Part shown: one piece after another, positions 40,149 through 51,860 of the stretch | Layout: each line of letters begins with the position of its first letter | Position numbering within the stretch: position 1 is the first letter of the stretch | Source: Mantamonas sphyraenae STR306 | Taxonomy: Eukaryota > Protista > CRuMs | NCBI GenBank assembly: GCA_026936335.1 | Contig: JAPMXV010000035.1 | Coordinates: 124,001 to 188,000, forward strand | DNA length: 64,000 nt | Reading direction: 5' to 3' | Translations under genes and position numbers: made by a program | Notes under the pieces: generated by a model | Told to the model about the DNA's origin: nothing | What the model saw: the letters and a program-made list of their open reading frames with translations, nothing else | Databases searched by the model: none

Positions 40149-41246
40149 ATGTCACGACGCATTGCTCGGTTCCAGAGACTGGTGAGCAGCAACGAACAGC
40201 ACGAACGGATCGACATTGCAGCTGTGGTGGACTCGATTGATGCCCTGCAGGTGTTTCGCAACGCAGAGGCCATGAGAGCGAGGTACAAGGAACAGAGGGA
40301 GAAGCATGCAGGCACACATGGCCCTGTGGTGCTGTTCTTTGACGACAGACATAATCTGCAGCTGCCGCAGAGCCACCGATTCCCGATGAGCAAGTACGAT
40401 CTTGTCGTGAACACACTGGCCCACAACGAGGTGGTACAATCTCGTGCACTCATGTGTCAGGCGCGTTTGGTGTCACGGAGTCTGCTGTTCAAGGTGCACG
40501 ACCCACACTTTGTGCATCGCTTCGAGTACGGGGAAATGACGGACAAGGAGATGCGAGAGATCGGCCTGCCCCATTCGGACAGCCTGTGGCGACGGGCACG
40601 CATGACATGCGGTGGCACAGAACAAGGGGTGCGTCACGCGCTGGAATTCAACACTGTGGCGGGAGCTGTCGGTGGGGGGACACACCACGCGTTCTATGAA
40701 CGGGGGGAAGGCTTTTGCGTTTTCAACGACATTGCGGTGGCCTGTCACGTGGCCCTGGAAGAGTATGGCGTGGAGAGAATTCTGGTGGTGGATTTGGATG
40801 TGCATCAGGGCAATGGGACTGCCGTGATGCTCGAGGATGAGCCACGTGTGACGACGCTGGATTTGCACGGCGAAAACAATTACCCGTTTCGCAAGGCTAA
40901 GAACACCTACGACGTCCCACTGCCCGACCGTATCATGGACGAGGCATATTTGGACACATTGGACCAGTGGTTGCCGCGGGTGATGGATGAGACCGAGCCG
41001 CAGCTGGTGCTGTTCCAGGCTGGAGTTGATCCGCTGGAGCACGACACATTGGGAAGGTTGCAGGTGACGCGAAAAGGCCTGCATGAACGCAACAAGCGTG
41101 TTTTCGCAGCATGCAAGGAGCGAAGTGTGCCGCTGACAGTCATGATGGGCGGTGGGTACGCAAAACCGATTGAGCGGAGCGTTGAGGCGCACAGCGACGT
41201 GTTTATTGGCCTGGTTGACTTTTTCGCCGACAGCCCATCCATGTGA
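40149..41246 (+). CDS. Zn-dependent histone deacetylase family protein (class IV/bacterial-like)
   Basis: HRFPMSKY, GGTHHA, GFCVFND, DLDVHQGNGT, QAGVD, GGGYA. Confidence 0.92.
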   Translation: MSRRIARFQRLVSSNEQHERIDIAAVVDSIDALQVFRNAEAMRARYKEQREKHAGTHGPVVLFFDDRHNLQLPQSHRFPMSKYDLVVNTLAHNEVVQSRALMCQARLVSRSLLFKVHDPHFVHRFEYGEMTDKEMREIGLPHSDSLWRRARMTCGGTEQGVRHALEFNTVAGAVGGGTHHAFYERGEGFCVFNDIAVACHVALEEYGVERILVVDLDVHQGNGTAVMLEDEPRVTTLDLHGENNYPFRKAKNTYDVPLPDRIMDEAYLDTLDQWLPRVMDETEPQLVLFQAGVDPLEHDTLGRLQVTRKGLHERNKRVFAACKERSVPLTVMMGGGYAKPIERSVEAHSDVFIGLVDFFADSPSM

Positions 41247-41293
41247 GCAGGGAAAATGAAAGGATGTTGCATACAAGGTGGGTACGTAGGTCG

Positions 41294-41581
41294 TCACTCG
41301 TTCACAGGATGCTCGTGTTTGGTGACCTCCACGGGGGCCACCTGCACAAGGTAGTAGATGGCAGCAATGGTACAGATAAGAACAAAGACAAAGACCACCT
41401 TGAGCCAGTTTGTTTCACCCTTGGCAACCTTGGTGACCCTGCCTCGCTCGATCTTCTTGGTGACACGCTTCTCCACCTTGCCACGCTCTTTCCTGTACTG
41501 CTGGATGGTGGGGTCCTTGAGATGGCGCGGCTTTTCGCGCTTCCGCATCGATCCGCCGGGTCCCTTTGCGTGTTTACCCAT
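41294..41581 (-). CDS. Small basic single-TM protein, TRIQK-like
   Basis: 95 aa; KDPTIQQYRKERGK resembles the TRIQK motif, followed by a basic stretch and a C-terminal TM. Confidence 0.6.
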   Translation of the reverse strand: MGKHAKGPGGSMRKREKPRHLKDPTIQQYRKERGKVEKRVTKKIERGRVTKVAKGETNWLKVVFVFVLICTIAAIYYLVQVAPVEVTKHEHPVNE

Positions 41582-41668
41582 GCGAAGTGTGTGGGGGGAG
41601 TGGAAGGGAAAGGGGGGTTTGAGTTGGGTTGGGTGGGTGACGCGCAGGCGCATGCAAGGACGACAACC

Positions 41669-42803
41669 ATGCGAACGACTATTCTTGTGTGTGTGGCAAC
41701 GATGGTGTTGGTGGGTGTGGTGTGTGCCGGGGAGGCAGAGGCAAAGGCACAGGTGAATCTGCGGCCGATCATTGGCATCCTGACGGAGCCGACCGGGAGT
41801 GAGACGAGCAAGTTTGGCGAGCAGTACATTGCAGCCAGTTACGTAAAGTGGATTGAGAGTGCAGGTGCACGTGTCGTGCCCGTGCACTACGACTTGGACA
41901 ACACCGAGTTGATTGGCCTCGTGGAGCAGCTCAACGGATTCGTGGTGCCCGGCGGAGGCGTGGAGCTGGCCCACTCGCAGTTCCTGAGCACTGCAGCCGC
42001 CGTGGTGAACTATGCCTACAACCAGTACGGCGAGGGCAAGACCTTCCCCGTGTGGGGTACATGCCTGGGTAAGTGAAGGGACCAAGGAACAGGAGAGAGG
42101 GGCACAGCGCGCGCGGGGCCTTTTCGCGTGTACCGATTCAGCCTCGCACGCATGGATGGGTCACTGACACACACACACACACACATACACACCGCGTGTA
42201 CGGGTCATGTGATGTGTACCCCCAGGCTTCCAGACGCTGAGTGTGATCTTGGCGAACAACGTGAGCGTACTGGAGAACGGGTTTGATTCGGAGAACCTGA
42301 CGCTGGCGTTGGATCTGACTTCTGCAGCGTCGCAGTCGCGTCTGTTGGGCACGGCACCCAAGGAAGTGGTGGAGATTCTGTCGTCGCAGCCGGTGACGAT
42401 GAACAACCACCAGGCCGGTGTGACACCTGAGATGTGGCAGTCGTCGCGTCTGCAGGGTGTGGCCACGGTGTTGTCCACCAACAAGGACCGACAGGGACGT
42501 GCGTTTGTGAGCACCATGGAAGCTGTGGGAGCACCGATTTTTGGGACGCAGTGGCATCCGGAAAAGACGATTTTCGAGTGGTGGGACGAGGAGGTGATGA
42601 ACCACTCGTACGACAGCATTGTGGCCAACTCGTGGACCAGCCGCTTCTTTGTCAACATGGCTCGCCTCAACATGAACACCTTTACCAGCAAGGACGCCGA
42701 GGCCAAGGCCCTCATCTACAACTACGCTCCGGTGTACACCGAGTCGGTGGAGCACTCGTTCGAGCAGGCCTACTTCTTCAGCAACAGCAGCTCGTCCGAG
42801 TGA
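41669..42803 (+). CDS. GGH: Gamma-glutamyl hydrolase (peptidase C26)
   Basis: Signal peptide, RPIIGIL, YIAASYVKWIESAGARV, PVWGTCLG|FQ, GTQWHPEK; intron 42069-42225. Confidence 0.95.
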
Positions 42804-42916
42804 TGATGATGAGGAGGAGGAGGAGAAGGGGTGTGTGTGTGTGTGTGTGTGACGGGTGGACATGATGAAGGTGTGCGAGAGCCAACCCAAAACAACAACC
42901 AAATCAACGCCATCTG

Positions 42917-45172
42917 ATGTCTGCATCGTGGTTTGGCAATGTGGACGTGGGTGCAAACCCACAACAGGAGGCATACGAAGCGCCTCAGGAGACGATGTAT
43001 CTGAAGACGGTGTCGCAGGAGGAGCGTCAGGCCAAGGCACAGCGTTCGCAGGGCAAGCGGTATGACCCGATGGACCTGAGTGACATCGAGGGTGCTCGGC
43101 CTCAATCCAACATCCGCGAGCACACGCGGGTGCCGGAGGAGTTGACCAAGCCCATTGAAGGGGCGCAACCAAAGAAGTTTACGGTGCGTCGCGACACTAA
43201 AAACCAGAGCTCAGGGGTCAGCATGTCCCTGCGCACCGACGACATCGACGGCGCCAAACCGCGCAGTGACAATCGCATCCACACACGCCGTGTGGTGAAT
43301 CCGCTGGAGCCCGAGTATCCGCTGCCACAGGTGGAAACGCGGCCGCCCACACCGCCCAGCAAACCAGCACGCGACATCCTCAGTGTGGACGACATCGACG
43401 GCGCAAAGCCCTACGACCGCATCAGCACACTCAGCACACGCGATCCGTTGGACTACAGCGACGTGGAGGGATCGTCCAGCGACTGGAAAGCCAAGCGACG
43501 ACAGTGAGTTCTGAAGGGGTGGGGTGGGGGGGGTCCAGGTGATTGGTTCACAAAACAGCCGCGTGGAAGGGACACACACGCTGACACACAACCGCGCATC
43601 GCGGACATGGGTTGCAGAATGGTGTTGGCTGGTGCAGGGCGCCCTGTGGACGACGACGGCAAAGTGATTGAAGAGTAAGTAGGCCCAAAAGGTGGCGGAG
43701 GCCACGAACGTAACGGCCACTTGGGTCACAAAACAGCGGCGCAGCTCCCATCCCAGTGTGGTGGCCATGAAATGGCATGGGGAGGGTGTGTGGTGGCAGT
43801 GTGCATGTGTGTGTGTGTGGATGGTGGAGAGTGGGGCCATGCATGTGGTGCACAGGGTCTGACAAAACACCGTCGACGGTGCTTCACCCACAGTGGACCG
43901 CGAGACTACATGAATGTGAAGGACATCAACGGGGCAGGGATCTTCCAGACATCGCGTGTATCGAATCCGCTGGATCCGCGGTACGTGTATGACATTCCGG
44001 AAGGGTTTGAGGGAGATCCGAAGGAGCTTGCGTACGGGGAACTGGAGGGCAGTGCACCGCGAAAGCGCAAGGTGAGCGAGAACCGTCCAGACTTCATTTT
44101 GGACGTGCGGGACATCAGCAAGTTCCGTGAGGAGCAACTGCAGTACAAGTTGAAGCAGCGGGAGTCGAACAAGGTGTCGGACATTGCTGGGGCACAGCCA
44201 AAGTCGTGGACAAAGAAGTACCGCGGGGACAACCCGCTGGAGCCCAACTACACGCTGCTGGATGGCACCAAGGTCATGCCTGAGGAGGAGCAGAGGCAGA
44301 GGTACGAAGGACCCAGCGCCAAGGAGACATACAAACGAAGTGGAAAGCGCAAAAGCAAGCTCAACAAGACCCTGGCCGAATTGCGTGAGGAACGTGCGGC
44401 AAAGACGGAATCCAGCGAGAGTGGAGACGGACAAGGAAGCAGCAGCAGCAGCAGCAGCAGCAGCAATGATGATGGTGGTGATGGTAGTGTTGCTGGTGGT
44501 GGTGGTGGTGAGGAGACGACAACCAGTGCAAGTGGAAGCAGTAGGGTGCGTGTGACCCTGGGCAGTGAAGGAGTGCAGAGTCTGCTTGGGGGTGGTGGTG
44601 GAGGAGGAGGAGGGGGCCAGGACGGCCAGGAGAGTGGGGCACACACGTATGTGCCGACACACAAGCTGAGGAAGCAGGAGACGTATGCGTCGACGGTGGA
44701 CATTGGCAGCCTGGGTGCAGAGGGCGATGGGTTGGAGATGATTGGGGGCAAGAAGCGCATCGAGGTGGACGAGGGACCGCTGGACAGGACGGACGAACGA
44801 CGCATCAAACCCAGCCGCTGGACGGGCACGGAACGCATGGTGAAGAAGAAGAGCCAGGCGGAGGTGGAACGGGAACAGGACATTGGGTATGCGACCATGA
44901 CGCAAACGGTCAAGGCAGGACGCCGTGCGGGCCAGACACGCCAGCGTCCTGACTCGGCACTTTCTGCGTTTAGCGCCAGCATGGGCGCAGGCATGGGTGC
45001 AGGAGGACGGCTCAGTCGCAACAGTTTGGGAGGACGAGGAGGAGGTGGAGGAGGCAGTCGCAAGGGTGCCACCATTTCCTCGTCACGTCCACGCATGTCC
45101 TACGAGCAGCGCAAACGCCAACAGGAACGGAAGCAAGACATCCAGAGCGTCATGGCACTGCCAGATTTCTGA
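42917..45172 (+). CDS. Hypothetical protein with DIxGAxP / NPLxPxY repeats
   Basis: Repeats DIEGARP, DIDGAKP, DIAGAQP, NPLEPEY, NPLDPRY, NPLEPNY across exons. Confidence 0.7.
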
Positions 45173-45229
45173 TGTGGAGGGATGATGTGAGCATGGTAAG
45201 TGGGAACACACACAAGACAATGGATTTGT

Positions 45230-46503
45230 TCAGGATTTACTTTTGCGGTTCAGCATGGCAAGGAGATCAGACATAGCCGGCACAGCCCCTTTCTGCTGCT
45301 GGTTGCCTTCACTGTCTTGCGTGTCTGTGGCGGCGGTGCTGGAGGATTCATCGATGGAGGCAGGTGTATCGTGTGTGGTGGTGGTGGTGGTGGTGGTGGT
45401 GGTGGACGGGAATTGGTTCCAGCCGTCGGACAGAATCACCTCTGCGTCATCACCACCACTACCACTGCCACTGCTGCTGCTGCTGCTGCTGGACGAGACA
45501 TTCGTTGTGCTTGTCTCCTCTGCATTGCCATGTGCTTCGTCGTCTGGTTCCACGCGGGCTCGCTTGGCGACGGGCAGAAAGGTGTCGTTGAACGCGTCGT
45601 ACAATCGCTTGGCCTTGGTGGGACCGAACCCAGGCACCATGGCAAACTGTTCTGCGCTGCCTTCTATCACGTTGCGCAGCGTGCCAAACTGGTTGAGCAG
45701 CATTTTGGCGTCGCTTTTGTTCACGGAGCGGACGCTTGTCAGGAACTCGGTGGCGACCGTCAACGGGTCCCTCTCCTTGACGCCTTGGATTCCGTTTGCC
45801 TCTTTGTTGGCATACACCTTGAATGTCTCCAGGTATCGTCCTGCCTCCTGGTTGCTCCAACACAGAATAATGGTCCATTCTTGCATGAGAAGCGTTTTCT
45901 GTAGCGTGGGCAGCACTTTGCCCGGATCCGGCTGCCTCGAGCAGCAGCATGTGTCAGCGACCAACGACCCACTCACGGCAAGAAAGAGGAAAGGGAAAAC
46001 ATGACACTCTTCACACACACACACACGTACCACGTCCACCATGGCAAGCACCACGCGAAGCGGAAAGTCACTCTTGCGGACCTCTCTCATGCGCATCTCC
46101 AGGTACTCGGGATGGAGATTGTGGAAGCGAAGGCTAAGAAAGAGGGCACACACGTCCTCTCCCATCACATAGTCCGGTGTCACTGCCTCAAACTCCCACG
46201 CCACGTTCTTGATCATGTTCAACACCGGGTTCCCCTGTTGCCTCTTGCTCACCAGGATGCTCTTGCTGCTGAACATCTTGTTGCCTATGGTCGTTGCCAC
46301 GCGTTTACGTTCTTCCTCACTCATGGTCGTCGAGGAGGACGAGGATGACGACGACGACGACGACGACGACGACGAGCTGCTGCTCGAGGCATTGTTCCCC
46401 TTGGAACTGCCCGTGTCGGATGTACGTGTCAGTTGGAAGAGGGAGTGTGTGCAACGATGAAAGGAGCATGCATCGACGATAAAGACACTCACAAGGAGAA
46501 CAT
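45230..46503 (-). CDS. ERCC1: DNA excision repair protein ERCC1
   Basis: ILVSKRQQGNPVL, LFLSLRFHNLHPEY, EAGRYLETFK, HhH2 (VPGFGPTKAKRL); introns 46492-46407 and 46030-45932. Confidence 0.95.
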
Positions 46504-46562
46504 TGCGCTGGCAGGCTGAGCGCATCGCCGGCCAATTCAACCTCAAACCGACCGACAACGAG

Positions 46563-49231
46563 ATGGGCCGCACAACGACACGACGCCGCAAGCGACTCTC
46601 GGTGGGCTTCTCGCTGAAGAGCGCACAGCAGATGCAAGAAATGGATGCAGGGGAGGGCATGATGTCGCCTGTGCAGAGTAAAACGAACGACGACCAGGCG
46701 GAGCGAGCACGCAACCGAGCCTCGCTGCTGGCAGAATCGCGACGCAACTCGCTCATCCAATCACCACAGCCAAAGTCTCAAGGCAAGGCAGCAGGTGGGA
46801 AAGAGCAGGAGCACGGGGATCCTATGTCGCCCGAGGGAGCACATAGCACGACGGCGGCCAACACGGCGCTGTTGTCTCCGTTTGCCAGCACCAAGAAGCG
46901 CAAGCAGAAAAAGCGCAGCCGGCTGAGTCTGGGAGGCGCCCTGTCGCTCAACAGCCAGATGCACGATGGAGAGACACGTGAGCGCCAGGCAATGACCAAC
47001 GAACAGCTCACAGAGCTGTACAGCAACTGCCTGAAGCTCAGCACGCAAAACGTGGGTGACCGTTTCGAGCGATTTGAACTTTTTGGCGCGCGCGCAGTTC
47101 CTGACGTCTGACACACACGTGCACACACACACACAAAACACACTCACGAACACACGCATACGCATGTTTACAGAAAATCAACCAGAAGAATGCATTTTCC
47201 CTGAACCTGATTGAGCACATGGACGACGTGCTGGCGGCGGAGAACAAGGACAAGGAGATGACCAACTTCCAGATGGCCAGCTGCACGCTGGACGCAAGTG
47301 TGAAAATCTACGCATACCGTGTAGACTCTGTGCACAGTGAGGCATACAAGGTGCTGGGAGGATTGACGCGTGCTGGGCGTTCGTCGCGCAAGCAGGAGGA
47401 TGAGGACGAGGAGGATGAGGAGCGCAAGGCGCAGCGCATCAAAAAGGCCAGCAGCAAGCACATCAACACGCTGGAAAGCAACATCGAGTCGCTGAACGTG
47501 AACAAGTTTGACGTGGAGTTTGCGGTCGATCCGCTGTTCCAGAAGACGAGTGCTGCGTTTGACGAAGGCGGAGCCAAGGGATTGCTGCTCAACCATCTCA
47601 GCCTCAGCAACCGGGGCGAGCTGATCTTTGATTCGAGCGACGAAGTGCCCACAACAACGGGCAACAACACCACCATCACGAGCGAGGGTGACGAGAAGGA
47701 GGGCGAAACAACGACGACGACGACGGACAATCAGGAGGAGCCGAAGCAAGGGGAGGAGGAGATGGAGACCACACCCGCCACCACCGCCACCACCACCACC
47801 AAGGTGACCAAGGCGTCGGCAGTGGATAGTGTGGCACGCTGGGTGCGTGTCAACATCCAGGATCGTGTGCGTGAGAAGCAGCTGTGTCCTGCGTTCACCG
47901 AGCTGCGGGGCCACTGGCAAAACACACTGGCACGCAGCGACAAGCTGCTGGAGGACGAACAACAGCGTGCGGTGGACGAAGTGCCCGCAGCGTCGATTTG
48001 GACAGACCACGACGACGATGACGAGGGCGATGGCATGGATGGTAGCGACGACGAAGGTGCGGACGACAACCTGGCTGCGTTTGAGGAGCACTTTATGATG
48101 CAGGAGCTGGCGGGCGAGCTGGAGGGTGACGAGGCCAGCGACGAGGCTGTGGCAGCGGCTGCAGCCGCGGCGGCGGCGCGTAAGAGCAAGGGGGGCAAGA
48201 GGCAGGGGCAGGCCCAGCAGCTGAACGACAATCTGGACACCGTGTTGGCGTTGGCCAGCGAACGTGCAGGCGACAACGAGTTTGGCTACTTTGACGAGGC
48301 CACCATCGACAATTGGGCGGGTCCCAGCCATTGGAAGGCGTCCAAGTCGTCGCGTGCACGGGCTGCGGCCAAGAAGGCAGGCGCCGGCAGCAAGAGTGGC
48401 AACGGCGAGGGCAGCAGCAGCGGCGGCGCACGAAAGGCAGGCGGCGCACGAAAGGGCGGACGCAAGGCCAAGCTTGCCATCGACTTTCTGGACGAGTCGT
48501 TGGGCGAGGTGGACGTGAAGAAGGCGCTGGCGATGGGCAAGGGCAAGTACACTCAGTCGGAGAATGCGATCAAGAACGCCACCGAAGCAGCGACGACGCT
48601 GCCGCATGACATGCACATCAACGCACAGGTGCTGTCGCGTCTGTTTACCAAGCCCGACTGGACTCTGATGGCAGGCGGCAAGCGTGGTGGCGTCGGCGGC
48701 GCAGTGGACGAGGACGGCGACACGCGCATGGAGATGTACGACGGAGGTGACGACGGCGACGATCTGGCTCTGGGTGGCTACCACGATGACGACGACGACG
48801 ACGACGACGACGTGGGTGCAGGCGGATGGCAGCAGGACGAGGCAATGGGTGGACCTGGCCGCGGGCTCATTGCTGCGCCGCGCAGGGTGAACAAGATCAA
48901 CATTGGGTACGCCAAGAAGGCCAAGCGAGTGGACGTCAAGTCGTTGAAGGCCAGTCTGTGGGGTGCGGTGACGGACGACGCGGTGGTGCCGCGGCTCGAG
49001 CAGACGACGGCAAAGTTGAGTCAAGAGTTGCGTGAGGAAACACACGCGCAGGAGGGCAAGTCATTCCAGGAAGTGATGGGTGCCCTGCCACAGGTCATGC
49101 TGAAAAAGCAGGAACTCTCCTCCGTCTCGGTTCCCTACTGCTTCATCTGCCTTCTGCACCTTGCCAACGAGGAGGGCCTGGAGATCAAGGGCAAAGCTTC
49201 GCTGGACGACCTGGCCATCGTGGCGCCGTGA
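46563..49231 (+). CDS. NCAPH: Condensin I kleisin subunit (Barren/CAP-H)
   Basis: KINQKNAF, NFQMASCTLDASVKIYAYRVDSVH, DPLFQKTSAAFDEGGAKGLLLN, WAGPSHWK, CFICLLHLANE; intron 47052-47173. Confidence 0.96.
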
Positions 49232-49374
49232 GGGCGACCATGACTTGAGGCCATCTGCAATTGCAATTGTTTAGCATTGCTTGGTGTGTGGGAAGCGCTG
49301 GCATGGGCAGCTGCCCAGACGCCGAGGCGAGCAGGGCACGAAAAATGGAGAAAACTTTCATTGAGTGAAGACCT

Positions 49375-50556
49375 TTAGCGGCACAGGTTGAAGCAGCACC
49401 ACCAAGTGCAGCAGGTGTCAGAGTCCTTGAGGTTCTGCACGTGCATAAACTTGGCCACAAACTCCTCCTGGGACATCTTGGTGGAATCGACGTCGGAATC
49501 GGCGAGCGGGTGGTCGTTGGGCTGGTTTGCGTTTCGAGAGCCACCGCTGCTGCTCTTGGCTCCACAGTCGTACTTGCAGCTTGCGAAGCGGTTGCGTGCA
49601 TCGTTGTACAGCTGCTGGTAGTTGGGGTCATCCGGGTTCATGTTGTACTGGTGCACCAGGGTGGCCAGCACGTGTGCAGGCGGGCAATCCGTGTAGTCGT
49701 CCAGCTCGTTGGCCAGCTGACGGCATGCGGCACCAGGCAGGTGCTTCTCCTTCTCCTCCTCCTCGTCAGAGTCGTTCACCACGTTGCTGTTCTCCATGGT
49801 CTGCTCGTCCTCCAGGTCGTCTTCCAGGTTCTCGTCCAGCTCGTCTTCCACGTCGTCGTCCAGGGCAGAGTCGGAATCCTCAGCTCCCTCCACGTCCGCA
49901 TCGTCCGAGCTGTCCTCCTCCTCAACCTCACTGTTCCATGCCGCGTTTGTGACACCAGCCAGGGTTCGATTCGCCCAAAATGGGTGGTTTTTTTTTTTCC
50001 ACCGTCCCCAATCCTGCGTCAGTGTTTGTCCCTTGCCTGTGCCTCTCCTCGCCCCTCTCGACACACAACACCGTCCCTATTGTCATTGCGTGCAACTGTA
50101 GTCTGCAGGAGGCATGTTTGCATGCGCACATGCGTTCCCTACACCCGTCCAGCGGCCTCGGAAGGGGCGCTGGAGCGGCTGCGCTTCGCCAAAAACTTTT
50201 TCAAGCTCGAGCGGGAGGTGTCGCGTCCGTCTGTGTGCTGCTGTCGCACGTGTCATGATCCACACTTACCTGTTGTCAGAGTCCTCCTCGTTGTCCTGCT
50301 GCTGCTCAGCAGCGCTCAACTCGGCGTCCTCCTCGTTGGCGAGGCGTTCCTCCTCGTCGTCCTCGGCGCCCTCTTCCACCTCGTTCTCGCCCTCCTGCTC
50401 CTCCTCAGACTCGCCAGCCGATTCCACGGCGGAGCCCTCCTCCTTGACAGCATCCTTCTCGACAGTCTGTTCGGCCTGGGCCTGCTGTTCCTCAGCAGCC
50501 ATGGCAAACGCAGCGCTCAGCAGCAGTGCAATCAGAAGCAGCGAAAGCTTGGACAT
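49375..50556 (-). CDS. Secreted acidic protein with Cys-rich C-terminus
   Basis: Signal peptide MSKLSLLLIALLLSAAFA, Glu/Asp-rich segments, multi-exon, ends TCCTWWCCFNLCR; internal exon boundaries uncertain. Confidence 0.65.
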
Positions 50557-50608
50557 TTCTGTGCGAGCGTGTGTGCGTCAGCTACTGACTCCAACCACCG
50601 TGCGTGTA

Positions 50609-50652
<44 letters not shown>

Positions 50653-50755
50653 GTGGACGAGAGTGCTGCGTGCTGCTGTGGAGGAAGCGTACTGTGTTTG
50701 GTTTGCCAGCGAGCGCGCTGCGTCGTGTCCACCAAACATTTCTGAACTCCCGCTC

Positions 50756-51529
50756 ATGGCTTGCTCTCGTGCGATCGTCCTGTTGGTTGGGATTGTGACG
50801 CTGGCGAGTGTTGTGGCAGCGATGCCGGTGCCGCACGCAACACACCCGGCGGTGATGGACAACGTTGGGATTCCGGCCGGGTATGACCCACCCCTGCAGA
50901 ACCGCTACCCGGGCTACTCCATCGGGTCGGACAAAGCAACTGTGGTGCAAGTGAGCGCATTCTGGGATTTCCAATGTCCCGACTGTCTGGCGGCGTACCC
51001 GCACGTGAAGAAGATGCTGGCCCACTTTGGCGTGGACGCCGGTGCCACAAACGCTCCGTTTCGCTTCACCGTCCACCCGGTGCCCCTTCCGTACCACCGC
51101 AACGCCTTTATTGCCGCCTCCACCGTCTACACGTATGCCAAGATGCAGGCAGCCAACGCCGGGGCGGACATGAACGCGGCCGCCTTTGAGATGATTGACA
51201 AGCTGTTCATGGAGCAGCCCAACTTCTACAATGGTCCCTCTGCCAACAAGACGGATCCGGAGATGGAAGACCTGTTTGCACAGTATGCCAGTGACCTGGG
51301 AATCAGCGACACGACTGCCTTTAAGCAACAATTGACCAGTTCCGAGACGTGGTACAAGGTTGTGTACGATTTCAAGTTTGGCACAGGTGCCCGCGGCGTG
51401 TTTGGCACTCCCTTCTTCCACGTCAACGGTGTGGTCGTGGATGCTGACAGCACATGGACCAGCCAGCAGTGGATCAACTTTCTCGACAAGGTCATCAACG
51501 GCACGGACGTCACGCACGTGCGTACGTAA
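50756..51529 (+). CDS. Secreted DsbA-like thioredoxin-fold protein (paralog 1)
   Basis: Signal peptide, FWDFQCPDC, PLPYHRNAF, GVFGTPFFHVNG. Confidence 0.9.
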   Translation: MACSRAIVLLVGIVTLASVVAAMPVPHATHPAVMDNVGIPAGYDPPLQNRYPGYSIGSDKATVVQVSAFWDFQCPDCLAAYPHVKKMLAHFGVDAGATNAPFRFTVHPVPLPYHRNAFIAASTVYTYAKMQAANAGADMNAAAFEMIDKLFMEQPNFYNGPSANKTDPEMEDLFAQYASDLGISDTTAFKQQLTSSETWYKVVYDFKFGTGARGVFGTPFFHVNGVVVDADSTWTSQQWINFLDKVINGTDVTHVRT

Positions 51530-51639
51530 ATGAAAACATGTGCATTGATTGTGTTGAGGTGGATGCACTGTGGTTCCCTTGCGTTGGAATGGGATGTGGC
51601 ATTGCTCGGAGAATTTGCGTGCACGCAGCCGGAGCCAAC

Positions 51640-51860
51640 AACACTGTATTGCTGAGCGCAGCGTGCTGTGCACACTTCCCACAAAAAATCTCTCTCCCCT
51701 GGAAACGTGTTCACTACGGCCGCGTCGGCGCTACGCCGGTCCTAGATAAGTACCAGTCGTTGTCGTTGATGGTCAGTTGTCGTTGTCGTCGTCGTCCTTG
51801 TGGATTCGCTGCAGGCCAGCTGGACGTCTTCCTTGCGTGAGGAGGCACACGGCCAAGATC
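51640..51860 (-). ncRNA. Candidate Fanzor omega-RNA region (inferred, boundaries unknown)
   Basis: Position at the ORF 3' end up to the element end is where TnpB/Fanzor guide RNAs lie; GC-rich hairpin CGGCG-nnn-CGCCG at 51726-51738. Confidence 0.3.
51659..51675 (+). repeat. Left inverted repeat CAGCGTGCTGTGCACAC
   Basis: Matches the reverse complement of 57050-57066 at 16/17 positions. Confidence 0.7.

Noticed and set aside
51720-51746. Hairpin followed by CTAG resembling a Helitron 3' end
   Set aside because: It is on the strand opposite the gene, only ~3 nt from the hairpin, followed by A rather than T, and no Rep/helicase gene is present.
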